Of a DNA stretch of 64,000 nt, positions 1-14,549 are shown one piece after another. Numbering within the stretch: position 1 is the stretch's first letter; each line of letters begins with the position of its first letter. Position numbers and translations under genes: made by a program. Source of the DNA: the human T2T-CHM13v2.0 reference genome, Homo sapiens; assembly GCF_009914755.1 (NCBI RefSeq), contig NC_060926.1; one strand, 5' to 3'. Below the pieces are notes generated by a model. It saw only the letters and a list, made by a program, of their open reading frames with translations. It was not told where the DNA came from and ran no database searches.

Positions 1-560
1 CCTTGCTACAATTGCTTATTAGTTCCAGGAAATTTGTTTGTTGTTGTTAATTCATTAGATTTTCTACATAGTCATGTCATCCTCAAACAGTTTTTTTCCC
101 CTAATCTGTACATCTTATTTCCTTTTCTTTTCTTATTGTGTTAGTTAGGATTTCCAGTAAAATGATGAATAATAATTGTGAGAGGGGATATTCTTGCCTT
201 ATCCCCAATCTTAAAGAGAATGTAATTAGGTATTATAATAGATGTAGGTTTAAAAAACAAATTTTTAAACAAGTTGTGGAAGTTCTGCTCTATTTCTAGT
301 TTGTTAGGAGTTTTTATCATGGACAGGTATGGAATTTTACACATGCTTTTTTTCCGCATCTCTTGATGTGATCACATGGTTTTTATTCTTTTGTGTGTTG
401 ATATGATGAATTATATTTATTTTTTAAACATTTAAAGGCTGTTGAACCAGCCTTACATACCTGGAGTAGAACATGCAAGATTGCGGCATATAATTCTTTT
501 TGTACATTGTTCAGTTCAATTTGCTTATATTTCATTGAGAAGTTTTGCATCAATATTCAT
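1..560 (-). mobile_element. Old L1M LINE-1 ORF2 (RT-region) fragment
   Basis: Minus-strand translation 141-359 (KIPYLSMIKTPNKLEIEQNFHNLFK..KPTSII) resembles L1 ORF2 [26 protein letters not shown], seen intact elsewhere in this window. Heavily decayed. Confidence 0.75.
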
Positions 561-2255
561 GAAACATTTAAAAATATTTAGTGGCTGCCTTGGAATTTAC
601 AATATGTAGCTTTTAAAACCTATAGCCTAATCCACTTTCAAATAACACTGTACAACTTCACATGTTGTGTAGATACTTTATAAGAAAGTATTCCCAGTTC
701 CACCCTTCACTTCCTGTGAACTTGCTGCAATTCATTTCACCTATCCATATGCTATAATGACCCAATATATTGTTGCTATTGTTGCTTTTAACAAACAGTT
801 ATCATTTAGGTCAATTAAGAATTAAAAAATGTGTTACCTTCATTTATTCTTTTTCTCACACTCTTTCTTTCTTTATGTAGATCCAAGCTCCTGATCTATA
901 TTATTTATGTTGTGCCTAAAGAACTTCTTTTAAAATTTCTTGCAGGGCAGGTCTGTTGTGTATGAATTCCCTTAATGCAAGTTTGTCTGAGAAAGGTTTT
1001 TTATCTCTCTCTTATATTACCCATCTAGTCTTGCATTTCATTTTTTCCATTAGGCTCCTTAACCCTTTAATTATAGTTATTTTAAATTCCTTTCTGATAG
1101 TTCCAACATCTAAGTGAAATCCGATTCTAGTTCTGATGATTGATTTGTTTATTCAGATTGTGTTTTTCTTGCCTTTTGCCATGTCTTGCAATTTTTTTGT
1201 TGTTGAAATATGGACATGTTGTACCAGATTATAGGAGCTGAGGTAAACAAGTCTTTAGTATGAGAGTTTATGCTAATCTGGATAAGAATTGGGCTGGGTT
1301 AAATGTTAGCTGTAGCTGTAGGTGCCAGGGGCTTTGGCTTCTCTTGTGTTCTCATTTTTATCTCGACTTGACTTTGGCTTCCGTAAATACTCTCCCTCAG
1401 AGAAAATCCACGTCTTACTACTCTTTCAGCTGTAACCCATTATTATTATTCTGAGTCCCTGTGGAATAGTACAGTGTTGGGGAACAGAAATGTTCTATAA
1501 TCTGGTTACAGCTCAGCAATTACTAGGCTCTCAAGGCTGTAACCTTCACAAGTGATTTTCAAAGAGTACAGCATCCCCAACTCCATCTTTTATCCCTCTA
1601 CTTCTTTTCCTGCCAGAAACATTCCTAATCTATTTACTTAAGGCTATGACCCCTGTTGAGTGATTTTTCCCTTAGCTGAGACAGGAGAATGGAAGGGGCT
1701 GAATTAGGAGGAATTCCCTCCTCTCATCCTGGATAAGGTTCTGGCAAAGCATTTTTAACCTGAAGAGCAGGTCTTGATTATGGACTTATAGAGTAGACTC
1801 TGGGCTTATTTCACAACTATTTTCTTCTCTGCCCACCCTTCAACCACCAGAGCCACAGGAAATTTTTCTTGGATATTTACTGTGAGAAGCTAGTGGGATT
1901 CCTGAAGGTAAAGCTCATGATAGTATAAAGTTTCCCTCAAGATTGCAGCACCAAGATTTTCACTCCAAAGCTAGTCCACATTCAGCTTTCTATAATTCAT
2001 CAAAATTACTATTTGAGCCTTCCTACCAGGTTATGGCTCCAGTGGCTGCTTCCTCAGGTGAACAAATCTCACCTCTGACTCTCTGGATCCTCCTGTGTCT
2101 CCAGATATGAGAATGGCGGTTTGATCTAAGGCCTGAGATTTCTGATGGGTCTAAGAAAAGTCATTGATTTTCAGTTTTCCCAGTTTTTTTTTTTTTTCTG
2201 TTATAAGAATGGAAGCAATTAGTTTAAAGCTCTTTACATGTTGAAATCTGATGTC
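561..2255 (-). mobile_element. Probable continuation of the old L1M element (ORF1/5' region, L1MD-like)
   Basis: T-rich decayed sequence ending in ttgattttcagtt...aagctctttacatg, which I recall from old L1M 5' ends. Boundaries approximate. Confidence 0.45.
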
Positions 2256-2348
2256 CTGTCATGCCACTTCCACCATTGTGCCTTTGGATATATTTTCTAT
2301 CTCATCCTGTAATGCCATTTCCAAATTACTCTTTAGAACTCACCTCAA

Positions 2349-2786
<438 letters not shown>

Positions 2787-4604
2787 CTATATTTACTATA
2801 TGACTTTTTACTTCTATATATACTTGTATCTTTCATTGTGACCTGTGTATTTAATTCACCTCTGTGTTTCAAGTGTTTAGGAAACATGCCAATACCTAAT
2901 ATACCCTGAACAAATAGTTTTTAATAGATAAATTGATCATTACAAATTATAAGGCTTAATTTTGTAAGAATGGAACCAGCCTCTTCATGATTTTTGGACT
3001 AATTAACCATAACCAATATTATATAAACAAACTTTATTCACTTGGATGTTTTCCTTTCAGCTTAAACCTTACAGCTGTGTAGACAATTGCTGTAGATTAT
3101 TGCAAACACTTGCCATAAGGACAACAGAACTTATGTTCCTGCTCTTTCTCCCACCTTAGGTGGTAGTCAGCTGTGATTGAAAAATATCGTAAAATGGAAG
3201 ATTTGATCAATACAAGTAGCTTCAAAAAAAGATATGGTATATACATACATATATATTTGAAATATGACATTTAATTTTAATATAATTTATAATGAAAGCT
3301 GTTTATATTGTATGTTTTTATGTAAGGCTCATTTTTAGATTTATATACATTTCTCCTTAAGTGTAATAAGGGTTCTTTGTGGTAAGGACTGTATTTTATC
3401 CAGTCATTCTCTAAAGCACCAAGTAGAGTGACGGGACGATATTAGACACTTAATGAGTCACTGTATACATGGACATTATCAATTAGCTTAATATTTGAAA
3501 TAAATTATTTCTGCTCTTTTTTGAATAGTTGCATAAAAATATTACTGTAAATGCTAACATTTAAAACTCTGTTAGATGCCTTTATGTTATGTAGAGAATC
3601 CTCTCTGTCCCGCTAATAACTAGCTCTAAGTAGAATGTCAGTTTCTGAACCTGTTTTCCAGGAATGTCATCCGGTAGCATGAGACCATGGCATGCTTTAT
3701 TGTAAAACACTGTGGGTGGATTCCCCATATACATATCTTCTTCTGTATTAAACTTCTCAATTGTTACACAAATAAAAACAGTGCTTTTAGTGTATCTGCC
3801 AAAAGTTGACAATCTGAATTATTTATGGATGGTTTAGATCCTGGGGCAATTTCCTGCTTGAATATTTCATGTAATTGACTGTAAATATGAAAGTAGAGAG
3901 AATGTTGGGTTGATTTTTCTCAGTCTGAAACAAATCTGCGCCTTCCCATTATACAGCTTCCCTTAGGAATATCATGAAAATAAATGGGTTGGATTGCTAC
4001 ATACAGTGACTGGGCAGTAGAATAATATTTTAAATTTGTATGATTTTTCATGTTTTAATGGCTGCTTTTGTTTAGTTCATTTCTAATCTCCAACACTCAG
4101 AATTATCTGTCACTCACTCATCTGTATCCAGGAAATTAGCAAGATTGATAACATAGGAAAGATTTATCAATAGTAGAAAGAACTTCCTTTGAGCAATATT
4201 TATGATTGACATTTCAGAAACAAGATGATATCAATATGTAAGTCATAATGTTATAAAATTTTCTAGCAATGGACGATAGAATTAATATATAGAGAGATAC
4301 AAATAACCCTGAAGAGGTGAAGAAGCTTATTTGAACATAGAAAGCCAAAAGTCTAATTTAGGACACCTTCAAATCTCCTCTACTTTTGGGTCATAGTGTT
4401 AGGTAATACCTCTAATAATAGTAGCAGTTATTTCTTCTGAATGCAGGTGTACCTCCAGTTGTAACCACAGTTGTTTCTTACTCATGATGGTCCAAGTTCA
4501 CATCCTCTTTCAATTTTTTAGAGGCAGTGCAAGTGAGGGATGTCTTAAGCAGAGTAGAAAACTAAAGCAATATGTTATTTTTTTGTTTGTTTTTTAAGTC
4601 ATAG

Positions 4605-4790
4605 CCATAGAGTTCTTTACCTGAGTTCCAGGGACCCTCAAGGACCCATAAATAGATCAATATTTTAATATAATTGGTTTACTTTGCCATTTTACTGTCT
4701 TATTTATTTAAAAACATTATTCTGAGATAGGGTCCATAGACTTCTTCACACTGCCAAAGAGGTTCATTATACATACAAAAAAAGCTGTTA
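4605..4790. mobile_element. Decayed hAT-Charlie-type DNA transposon fragment
   Basis: Motif aaaacattattctgagatagggtccatagacttc...ctgccaaagaggttcat resembles Charlie-derived MITEs. Family not resolved. Confidence 0.4.
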
Positions 4791-5879
4791 GCATATATTA
4801 GTGACAAAATTAAAAATTTGTTTTGAATGTCATGGAAGCAAATAATGTATTAACTTATTTTTCAAATAGAATTGACTAAGCTAGTTGTCTAATTTTATCC
4901 TGTCAATGCAGTCTCATTATGTAATGCTCTAGTAGAATATTCAGAAAGCTCCAACAATAAGAAGCATCCATTTACAGGTCACAAGACCATCAATGGAGGC
5001 ATTTCTGGCATTGTCAATTCTTTTTTAAGTTGGTGATTTGTGGTCAACTATTCCTGAGACTAAGTACCTACCACAAAAATTATGTGTTTGTTTTAAATTG
5101 TTAATTGACTTGTCATAGACATATTTGTATCTCCTATTTTAGTGGTCAGTATAATCACAAACAGATGTTGCAGAGGCAGCTGTTGATAGCGGAACCTATA
5201 ATACTCAGGAATATGAAACACATTTAACATAAGTTTAAGAAATAGAAGTGGACCTTTTTCAGTGTAATATTTCTCCTACTTACCCACCATTCCCACACAT
5301 TTCTTTTAGGTTAAATCATTTTAGAGCTCTGCTAACAGGCAAACCTGTTCTTCTAGGGCTAGGCGAATTCATTACTTAACATCACCTTTTGATCATAGCA
5401 GTTCATTTGATTAGCCCTTTTCCTCTAGAAAATTGGTTTTCAAACTTTGGGCCATCATTTAGTTATAGATTATGAAATCAGTTTAATAGATCATACCCAG
5501 TATTTCTTTTTACGTAGAAGTGCATAAATGGAACATATCAAGTCTGTCATATGTATGAATGATAAATATTGTTTTGTGAAAATTTGTGGGGTTTTTTGGT
5601 GTATATATGTGTGTGGGGGGTAGAACGTAGAGTCATATGTATGTTTACTACATTGAAATATAAAATGTATTTCTTATTGCAGGCTATTGTCAAATAAGAC
5701 TTAAACTGATTGTCCTAAAAAGTTTTGGAAATCACAAGTAAATTAGTATGGAACTGAGGGAGAGTCAAGAAAATGTGGAAACAAATAGACGACTTAGTGT
5801 ATAGGAAGCTGGGGACATTAGCACCTAATGATTGGCAAAAATGGTATTGAATATTATTACTAGTGTTAAATACAATCAT

Positions 5880-6135
5880 TATACTTGATGTTTCTTGAGT
5901 GCTTACTGTCTGCCAGGATATGTTATAAGAAATTTCCATGGGCTAATGCACTTAATGTTCCCAATGATGCTTTTTATGTTATATAGGTAGTATTGCTATT
6001 TCTATTTTACTAATGAGAGAAGAAAGGTACAGATATGCTTAGCAACTCGACCAACATCTTTTAGCTTAGTGAGTGGCAAATTTGAGAATCAAACCTAGGT
6101 TCTCTAACTATAAAGTTTATGCTCTTAACACTATA
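5880..6135 (-). mobile_element. MIR SINE
   Basis: gagtgcttactgtctgccagg...ctattttactaatgagagaa...gtgagtggcaaatttgagaatcaaacctagg matches the reverse-complemented MIR core. Confidence 0.65.
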
Positions 6136-7909
6136 GTAAATTGCTTCCCATTTTAAAGGAGATTGAAACATTAAAAAGAAAAGCAAGAATTGACTGCTCC
6201 AAATTTATTTTTAGAAAGGACTGTATATAAAACCATCCTCCCCTAGAATAAGTTCCAGACAATACAAGACCAGGGCTTTCAGTACCTAGCCTATTCAATT
6301 TTATAAATGAGTTTTTTTTTTGTTTTGTTTTTTGTTTTTTTTTTTGCAGAAGGTTTTAAAACTAGCTAAAAGGTTAATGGGCTTGATACAATGGGCTTGT
6401 AGACTTGTGAAAGAGCCATGCTGGCTGGCTAGAGAACTGCAAATTTAGCTCCTGTCAAATTGACATATATTGTACAACTCTGATCGCCCTATGTATTGAA
6501 TTTTAAATGACAATACAATTTCAGTACATTTACTCAAATGCTTTTAACTTTCTTCACAAAGGCGGCAAACTCTCCAGAAATACAAACAAAACTAAAATCA
6601 CCGTTTCAAATTTCAGGCAACTGAAAAGGATTCTGCTGCTGATATAGCAACATGAAGTGAAGAGGAAGTGGTTCAGTTTAATATTTTCCTTAGTATATAC
6701 AAGTACAAATTATGCTTCTATCAACTTTAATGATATATCTGTTGTGGATTGCTAACTAGCAGTCAAGGCAAGCCAAGGTGAAGTGACTGGGTGATTTCAG
6801 AGCTGATATCTTCAGTCTTGTGGGAGCTGATCTTGTCCGTCTCTTGGACATGTGCTCTCTGCGTATCAGAAAATACTGTTGATCACATCAGAGCGTTTGT
6901 GAATCCAGTGATTTTTTCCTTCATGAAATGTTCTAGTCTTTTGAGATCTTTGTCTGTGGTGTCACAGCTGAGTGAGCAATTTCTGGCTCCCTGAATTTCC
7001 CTTGAGGGCTAAACTGTCAACATCTATGTTCATCATGGAAACCTTAAATTACAGAAAAATAATCTGATTTTAATCATGATTTTATATGTAAAATGAAGGC
7101 TCTTTAGAACTTGTAGCTTTCTGAATTTGCCCCTTTGTGAGTTTACTTAATATAATTTGCTAAATGATTGTCAGTCCCCCCAATGAAATTTTTATTTTGT
7201 TTTGCTTCCTTTCCTTCTCCCTTACTCTCCTCCTTCCTTCTTTCCTTCCTCTTTCATCCCCTCTTTCTTCCTTTTTTCAGTATTTTATCCCTTTCAACAT
7301 TTACTGAAATACTGCTATGTGCTAGACACCGTGGGTGTGACTAGGCATACAGAAACATTCCTTGCTTATGAGGGGCACGCATTCACCTCTTGCTATTCAT
7401 TTTAATCATTGAATATGAAACTTTCTTATTTCATTTTTTTCTGACACCAGTCTTGCCCATATTCTGTCTCTTGTTCTCCCCATGGGCATGGCTGATTAAT
7501 GCCAAAATGCTGGATGCACCTGGTTTGGTTTATCCTGTCTGATACCACTGGAAATAACAAATAGCTAGATTAGGACTTTCCTTTTGCTTCAGAGCAATGA
7601 AATCGGATCCAAGCTTAATGGAAGATATAATGAAAGAGAGAGGGAGGGGCTTGGGATTCAGTCCTATAGGGTGATGCCGAGGAGGCAACATTTCTACATT
7701 TTAACCTATTGTGGTCACTGCCCAGTTACCTGAGATTGTAAGTGTCCTAGCAGGAATAAAAGCATTGGGTATATATTTTAAAAATTACATGTGACTAGTT
7801 ATGTTGCCCCTTATCATTAGTCACTCTTATTGCACTTGTGGTTCATTCTCTATATGGTGATTTAAAATCACCTTTCTAACATAAAAATCTGATTATGCTG
7901 TTCCACTAT

Positions 7910-8562
7910 TGTGATGCTTAATATTGAGTGTCAACTTGATTGGATTGAAGGATGCAAAGTATTGGTCCTGGGTGTGTATGTGAGGGTGTTGCCAAAGGGG
8001 ATTAACATTTGAGTCAGTGGGCTGGGGAAGGCAGACCCACCCTTAATCTGGGTAGGCACCATCTAATCAGCTGCCAGAGAATATAAAGCAGGCAGAACAG
8101 TGTGAAAAGGCTAGACTGGCTTAGACTCCCAGCCTACATCTTTCTCCTATGATTCATGCCTTTGAACATCAGACTCCAAGTTCTTCAGCTTTGGGACTTG
8201 AACTGGCTTCCTTGCTCCTCAGCTTGCAGACAGCCTCTTGTGGGACCTTGTGATTGTGTGAATTAATACTTCTTAATAAACTCCATATATATATATTTAT
8301 ATATTTATATAGCTATCTATATCGATATCTATCTATCTATATAGGATATATATATATTTTATACATATGTATGTGTGTATATATATACACACATATATAT
8401 GTATATATATGTGTGTGTGTATATATATATATACATATATATATACATATATATACATATATATGTATATATATATATACATATATATACATATATATAT
8501 ATATATATGTATATATATATCTCCTATTAGTGCTGTCCCTCTAGAGAACCCTGACTAATACA
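7910..8562 (+). mobile_element. 5' LTR, MLT2A1-type
   Basis: Starts tgtgatgcttaatattgagtgtcaacttgattggattgaagg and ends ctagagaaccctgactaataca. TATA-like aatataaag near 8080, AATAAA at 8275-8280. About 420 bp without its microsatellite. Confidence 0.9.
8285..8520. repeat. Expanded compound (TA)n/(TATACA)n microsatellite inside the 5' LTR
   Basis: Directly visible, about 236 bp. Confidence 0.95.
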
Positions 8563-8567
8563 GATTT

Positions 8568-8582
8568 TGGTACCAGGAGTGG
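8568..8582 (+). promoter_or_regulatory. Primer-binding site complementary to the tRNA-Leu 3' end
   Basis: TGGTACCAGGAGTGG 5 nt after the LTR is the reverse complement of ...CCACTCCTGGTACCA, the tRNA-Leu(TAA) 3' end. This is the defining PBS of ERV-L. Confidence 0.85.
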
Positions 8583-8606
8583 TTCTAGAGAAACAGAATA
8601 TTAAAG

Positions 8607-10370
8607 ATGAAGTTCTTTCATTGGTTTGGGGGTTTCTGGAGTTGGCTGCTTAATATGATTAGACCCCAAAATGCTAAGGATTCTACTTCTAATAGTATAG
8701 AGAACACTGATAGCCCTTGGCCTGAACTGTTCAGAGAGTTAATAAATGCATTTGACACTCCTGATTCACCACTTGTGAGAAGCAAGGAGTTTGGTGACTC
8801 TATGTATAATAACTTTGACCATATGTGGAGAACCAAGGAACAAAATGAAGCTGTTTGGTTGGTTGCTCCTAAGTTCACAGGACAAAGTGATGACAGAAAA
8901 TGATCAACTCAAGGATTCTAACTCCCAGCTTCAGAAACAGATACTGAGCCTCAAATCTCCTAAGACTGCCCTGAGTCAGAGTCTTATCTCCCATGAAGAA
9001 AGAGCTGAAATTGTGGAAAATCAGATACAAGCTTGTATCATGCAAGTGGCTGATCTGCAATGAAAGGTGCATGCACAGCCTTGCCAGGTGTCTACTGTTA
9101 AAGTGAGGGCATTGATTGGAAAAGAATGGGACCCTGCAACTTGGAATGGGGACATGTGGGAGGACCCTGTTGAAGCTGGGGACATTGAGCTTGTAAACTC
9201 TGATGAGCCGTTCTTGCCAGAAGAAACAGCTTCCCCATCCCCAGTAGTGGCAACATCTCCTCCCTGACCTACACTGCCATCAGCCTTTCCATGTTTGTCT
9301 GAGGAGAAAAGCCCTGCATTGCCTGAGGCAACAGTGATGTCCTCCCCTGAGGCAGTTGCCAGGCAAGATAATGTTGATTCTCCTCAGGAACTATCCCCAA
9401 CACCCCCATTTGCTTCTAGACCTATAACTAGACTAAAGTACCAGCAGGCTCCCAGAGGTGAGGTTCAGAATATGACTCATGAGGAGGTGCCCTATACCTG
9501 AAAAGAACTGCTTAAGTTCTCTAATTTTTATAAACAGAAATCTGAAGAGCAGGCATGCAAATGGATATTAAGGGTGTGGGTTAATGGTGGAAGGAATATA
9601 GAGTTGGACCAGGCTGAATTTATTGATTTGGGCTCACTAAGTAGGGATTTTGCATTTAATGTTGCAGCTCGGGGAGTTAGAAAGGCTTCTAATAGTTTAT
9701 TTGCTTGGTTAACTGAAATATGGATTAAAAGATGGCCCACTGTTAGCTGAAATATGGATTAAAAGATGGCCCAAGCTGGAAATGACTGATTTTCCTTGTT
9801 TTAATGTAAAGGAAGGGATCCAAAGGCTTAGGGAGATTGAGATGGTGGAGTGGGTTAGTCACTTTAGACCTACTCATCCTAGATGGGAGGGTCCAGAAAA
9901 TATACCCTTGACCAATGGTATGCAAAATAGATTTTTGAGGGCAGCACCTGCACCTTTGAAGAGCCCTGTAATTACTCTTCTCTGTATGTCAGATCTAACA
10001 GTGGGAACTGCAGTCACTCAACTATAAAATTTAAATACAATGGGAATAATTGGATTGCAAGGAGGCAGGGGCCAAGTGGTAGCACTCAAGCGTCAAAAGC
10101 AAGGTGGGCATAGCTACCATAATGGACAGCCGAGGCAATGTAGCAATCAGAATAGTGTGACTCATGAAGAGCTCTGGCATTGGCTAATTAATCACAGTGT
10201 TCCTAGAGGTGAAATTGATAGGAAGCCTACTGCATTCCTACTTAATTTATATAAGCAGAAAACTCCCAGGTTGAATGGACAAAAGATGAATTTGAATTAT
10301 AAAAACAGAATCATGGCCTCTCAATCAATTTCTAGACTTCAGCCAGTTTCTAGACCCAGAACCCCTTGAA
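8607..10370 (+). pseudogene. HERV-L gag (Fv1-related), fragmented
   Basis: Consecutive ORF pieces (VKVRALIGKEWDPATWNGD.W; KEGIQRLREI.MVEW; ELWHWLINH.VPR.EID) typical of ERV-L Gag, broken by stops and frameshifts. Confidence 0.85.
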
Positions 10371-10499
10371 TGAAGGGGAGGCTTGGTCTCCTTGAGGAAG
10401 GACCCCACTACACTATCAACAATTTATGCTGTTAATCTTTCTCCCATACTTCCCCAAGGAGACTGCTGGCCTTTTACTAGGGTAAATACATTAGGGAAA

Positions 10500-13252
10500 T
10501 GGAAATGATCAGACATTTCAGGGGCTACTGGACACTGGCTCAGAGAGCTGACATTGATTCCAGGGGACCCAAAACATCATTGTTGTTCTCCAGTTAAACT
10601 AGAGGCTTATGGAGGTCAGGTAATTAATGAAGCTTTAGCTCAGGTAGGCCTTACAGTGGGTCTACTGGGTCCCTGGGCTTATCCTGTGGTCATTTCCCCA
10701 GTGTCAGAATACATAATTGGCATAGACATAGTTAGCAGCTGGCAGAACCCTCACATTGGCTTCCTGACTGGTAGGGAAGCCCACCCCACCACTATCAGGG
10801 TGGGAAAGGACAAATGGAAGCCATTAAAGCTGCCTCTACCTACAAAAATAGTAAATCAAAAACAATATTGCATCCCTGGAAGGATTGCAGAGATTAGTGC
10901 CACCATCAAGGACTTGAAAGACACAAGTGTGGTGATTCCCACCAAATCCCCATTCAACTCTCCTATTTGGCCTGTGCAGAAGACAGATAGATTTGAAGAA
11001 TGGCAGTGGATCATCATAAGCTTAACCAAGCTTAAACAAGCTTAACCAATTGGTGACTCCAATTGCAGCTGCCGTACCAGATGTGGTTTCATTGCTTGAG
11101 CAAATTAACACATCTCCTGGTACCTGGTATGCAGCCATTGACTTGGTAAATGCCTTTTTCTCCATTGTTGTCCATAAGGCCCATCAGAAGAAATTTGCCT
11201 TCAGCTGGCAAAGCCAGCAATATACCTTTACTCTCCTACCTCAGGGGTATATCAACTCTCAGGCTTTGTGTCATAATCTTATTTGGAGAGAACTTGATCG
11301 CTTTCTGCTTCCACAAGATATCACAGTGGTCCATTACATTGAAGACATTATGCTGATTGGATCCAGCGAGCAAGAAATAGCAAACACACTGGACTTATTG
11401 GTGAGACATTTGTGTGTCAGAGGATGGGAGACAAATCTGACTAAAATTAAGGGAACTTCTACTTCAGTAAAATTTCTAGGGGCCCAGTGGTGTGGAGTCT
11501 GTCTCGATATTCCTTCTAAGGTGAAGAATAACTTGCTGCATTTGGCTCTTCCTACAACCAAGAAAGAGGCACAACACCTAGTGGGCCTATTTGGATTTTG
11601 GAGACGATACATTCTTCATTTAGGTATGTTACTCCAGCCCATTTATTCAGTGACCCAAAAGGCTGCCGGTTTTGAGTGGGGTCCAGAACAGAAGGTCTCT
11701 GCAACAGGTCCAGGCTGCTGTGCAAGCTGATCTGCCACTTGGGCCATATGACCCAGCAGATCCAATGTTCTTGAGATGTCAGTGGCAGATAGGGATGCTG
11801 TTGGGAGCTTTTGGAAGACTCCCATAGATCAATCACAGTGGAGGCCACTAGGATTTTGGAGCAAGACCCTGGCATCTTCTGCAGATAACTACTCTCCTTT
11901 TGAGAGATAGCTCTTCACCTGGTAATGGGATTTGGTGGAAACTGAACATTTGACTATGGGTCATCAAGTCACAATGCAACCTGAATTGCCTATTATGAAC
12001 TGGGTGCTTTCTGATCCATCTAGCCATAAAGTGGGATATGCACAGCAGCATTCCATCATCAAATGGAAGTGGTATAAACATGATCGGGCTCAAGCAGGTC
12101 CTGAAGGCACAAGTAAGTTACACCACTCTTCCTACCCTTCCTTGTCTCCCCCAGCCTGCACTGACGGCCTCATGGGGAGTTCTCTAGAATCAGTTGACAG
12201 AGGAAGAGAAGACTAGAGCCTGGTTTACAGATGGTTCTGCATGATATGCAGGCACCTCCCAAAAGTGGGTAACTGTAACACTACAGCCTCTCTTTAGGAT
12301 ATCCCTGAAGGACAGCAGTGAAGGGAAATCTTCCCAGTGGGCAGAACTTTGAGCAGTCCACCTGGTTGTGCACTTTGTACAGAAGGAAAAATGGCCATTA
12401 TGTAATTATGTACTGATTCATGGCTGTATTCAATGGTTTGGCTGGATGGTCAGGGACTTGGAAGAAGCATGATTGGAAAATTGGTGACAAATTTGGGGAA
12501 AACATATGCAGATGGACCTCTCTGAGTGGTCAAAAACTGTGAAGATATTTGTATCCCCTGTGAGTGCTCACAAATGGGTGACCTCAGCAGAGGAGGATTC
12601 TAATAATCGAGCAGATAGCATGACCCATTCTGTAAACACAACTCAGCCTCTTTCCCTAGCCACCCTTGTCATCGCCTAATGGGCTCATGAACAAAGTGGC
12701 CATGATGGTAGGGATGGAGGTTACACATGGGCTCAGCAACATGGACTTGCACTCATCAAAGATGAACTGGCTACAGCCACTGCTGAGTGTCCAGTTTGCC
12801 AGCAGCAGAGACCAACACTGAGACCTTCATATGGCACCATTCCTTGGGGTGATCATCCAGCTACCTGGTGGCAGGTTAATTATACTGGACCTATTCCATC
12901 ATGGAAAGGGCCAAGGTTTGTTCTCACTGGAATAGACACTTACTCTGGATATGGGTTTATCTATCCTGCATGCAATGCATATGCCAAGACTACCATCTAT
13001 GGACTTATGGAAAGCGTTATTCACCGTCATGGTATTCCACACAGCATTGCTTTTGAACAAGGCACTCACTTTATGGCTAAAGAATTTGGCAGTGGGCTCA
13101 CGCTTATGAAATTCACTGGTCTTAACCATGTTTCCCATCATCTGGAAGCAGCTGGATTGATAGAATGGTGGAATGGCCTTTTGAAGTCACAATTACAATG
13201 CCAAATAGGTGACAACGCTTTGCAGGGCTGGGGCAAAGTTCTCTAAAAGGCC
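10500..13252 (+). pseudogene. HERV-L pro-pol (protease, RT, RNase H, integrase), fragmented
   Basis: LLDTGS protease motif (GAC ACT GGC 10531-10539). RT motifs SPFNSPIWPVQK, WYAAIDL.NAFFSI and LPQGYINS, with YxDD mutated to YIED at 11335-11346. WFTDGS RNase H near 12220. Integrase H..H..CxxC at about 12685-12800, with core aspartates changed (WQVNY, IAFEQG). Confidence 0.9.
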
Positions 13253-13777
13253 ATGTATGCTCTGAATCAGCATCCAATATATGGTACTGTTTCTCGCATA
13301 GCCATGATTCATGGGTCCAGGAATCAAGGGGAGGAAGTGGAAGTGGCACCACTCACCATCAACCCTACTAATCCACTAAGAAAATTTTTGCTACCTGTTC
13401 CTGCAACATTGCATTCTGCTGGCCTAGAGGTATTAGTTCCAGAGGGAGGAACACTGCCACCAGGAGACACAACAACGAATCCATTAAACTGGAAGTTAAG
13501 ATTGCCACCTGGACACTTTGGGCTCCTCCTACATTTAAGACAAAAGACTAAGAAGGGAGTTACAGTGTTGGATGGGGTGATTGACCCAGACTATCAAGAT
13601 GAAATCAGTCTATTACTCCATAACAGAGGTAAGGAAGAGTATACATGGAATACAGGAGGTACAATAGGGTGTCTCTTATTATTACCATGCACTCTGATTA
13701 AGGCGAATGGGAAACTACAACAGCCCAGTCCAGGAAGGACTACAAATGGCCCAGACCCTTCAGGAATGGAGGTTTAG
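13253..13777 (+). pseudogene. Integrase C-terminus plus dUTPase of HERV-L (174-codon open stretch)
   Basis: LPPGDTT..PLNWKLRLPPGHFGLL...GVTVL.GVIDPDYQDEISLLLHN.G contains dUTPase motif 3 (GVIDxDYxxEI). A dUTPase downstream of IN is characteristic of ERV-L. Confidence 0.85.
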
Positions 13778-13947
13778 GTCACTCCATCAGGAAAAAAACC
13801 ACGACCTGCTAAGGAGCTTGTTGAAGGCAAAGGGAATACAGAATGGGTAGTAGAAGAAGGTAGTCATCAATACCAGCTGTGACCATATGACCAGTTACAG
13901 AAACGAGGACTGTAATTGTCATGAGTATTTCCTCCTTCTTCTATTAA

Positions 13948-14299
<352 letters not shown>

Positions 14300-14549
14300 T
14301 AAGAAAATATCTTAATTTTGTTTCCTTTTTCCTTTATCATGTGACAGAAGATTTATTGACTTCATGTCAGCATTTAAGTATTGTTAACTTTATGTAATAG
14401 CATTTGGGTTGGGGATTGGTGCAATTCCGGTTGTATGAAGGATAGTTGTATTATGTTAGGCACAATTATGACCTTATTATTGTCTTTATTTAAAGATTGT
14501 GTATGATCTCAGCAGATGTGTATGGATTCAAGTTGACAAGGGGTGAACT

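Noticed and set aside
3582-3812. 76-aa minus-strand ORF in unique DNA
   Set aside because: Non-ATG start, no convincing splice pair and no recognisable homology; within chance expectation.
8254-8558. Ile/Tyr-rich ORFs of 96 and 63 aa
   Set aside because: Translations of the TA microsatellite in the LTR.
8568-8585. tRNA-like sequence
   Set aside because: Only the 15-nt retroviral primer-binding site; no cloverleaf.
11050-11730. 226-aa RT ORF as a domesticated or active enzyme
   Set aside because: Catalytic YxDD is YIED, and the frame is broken on both sides.
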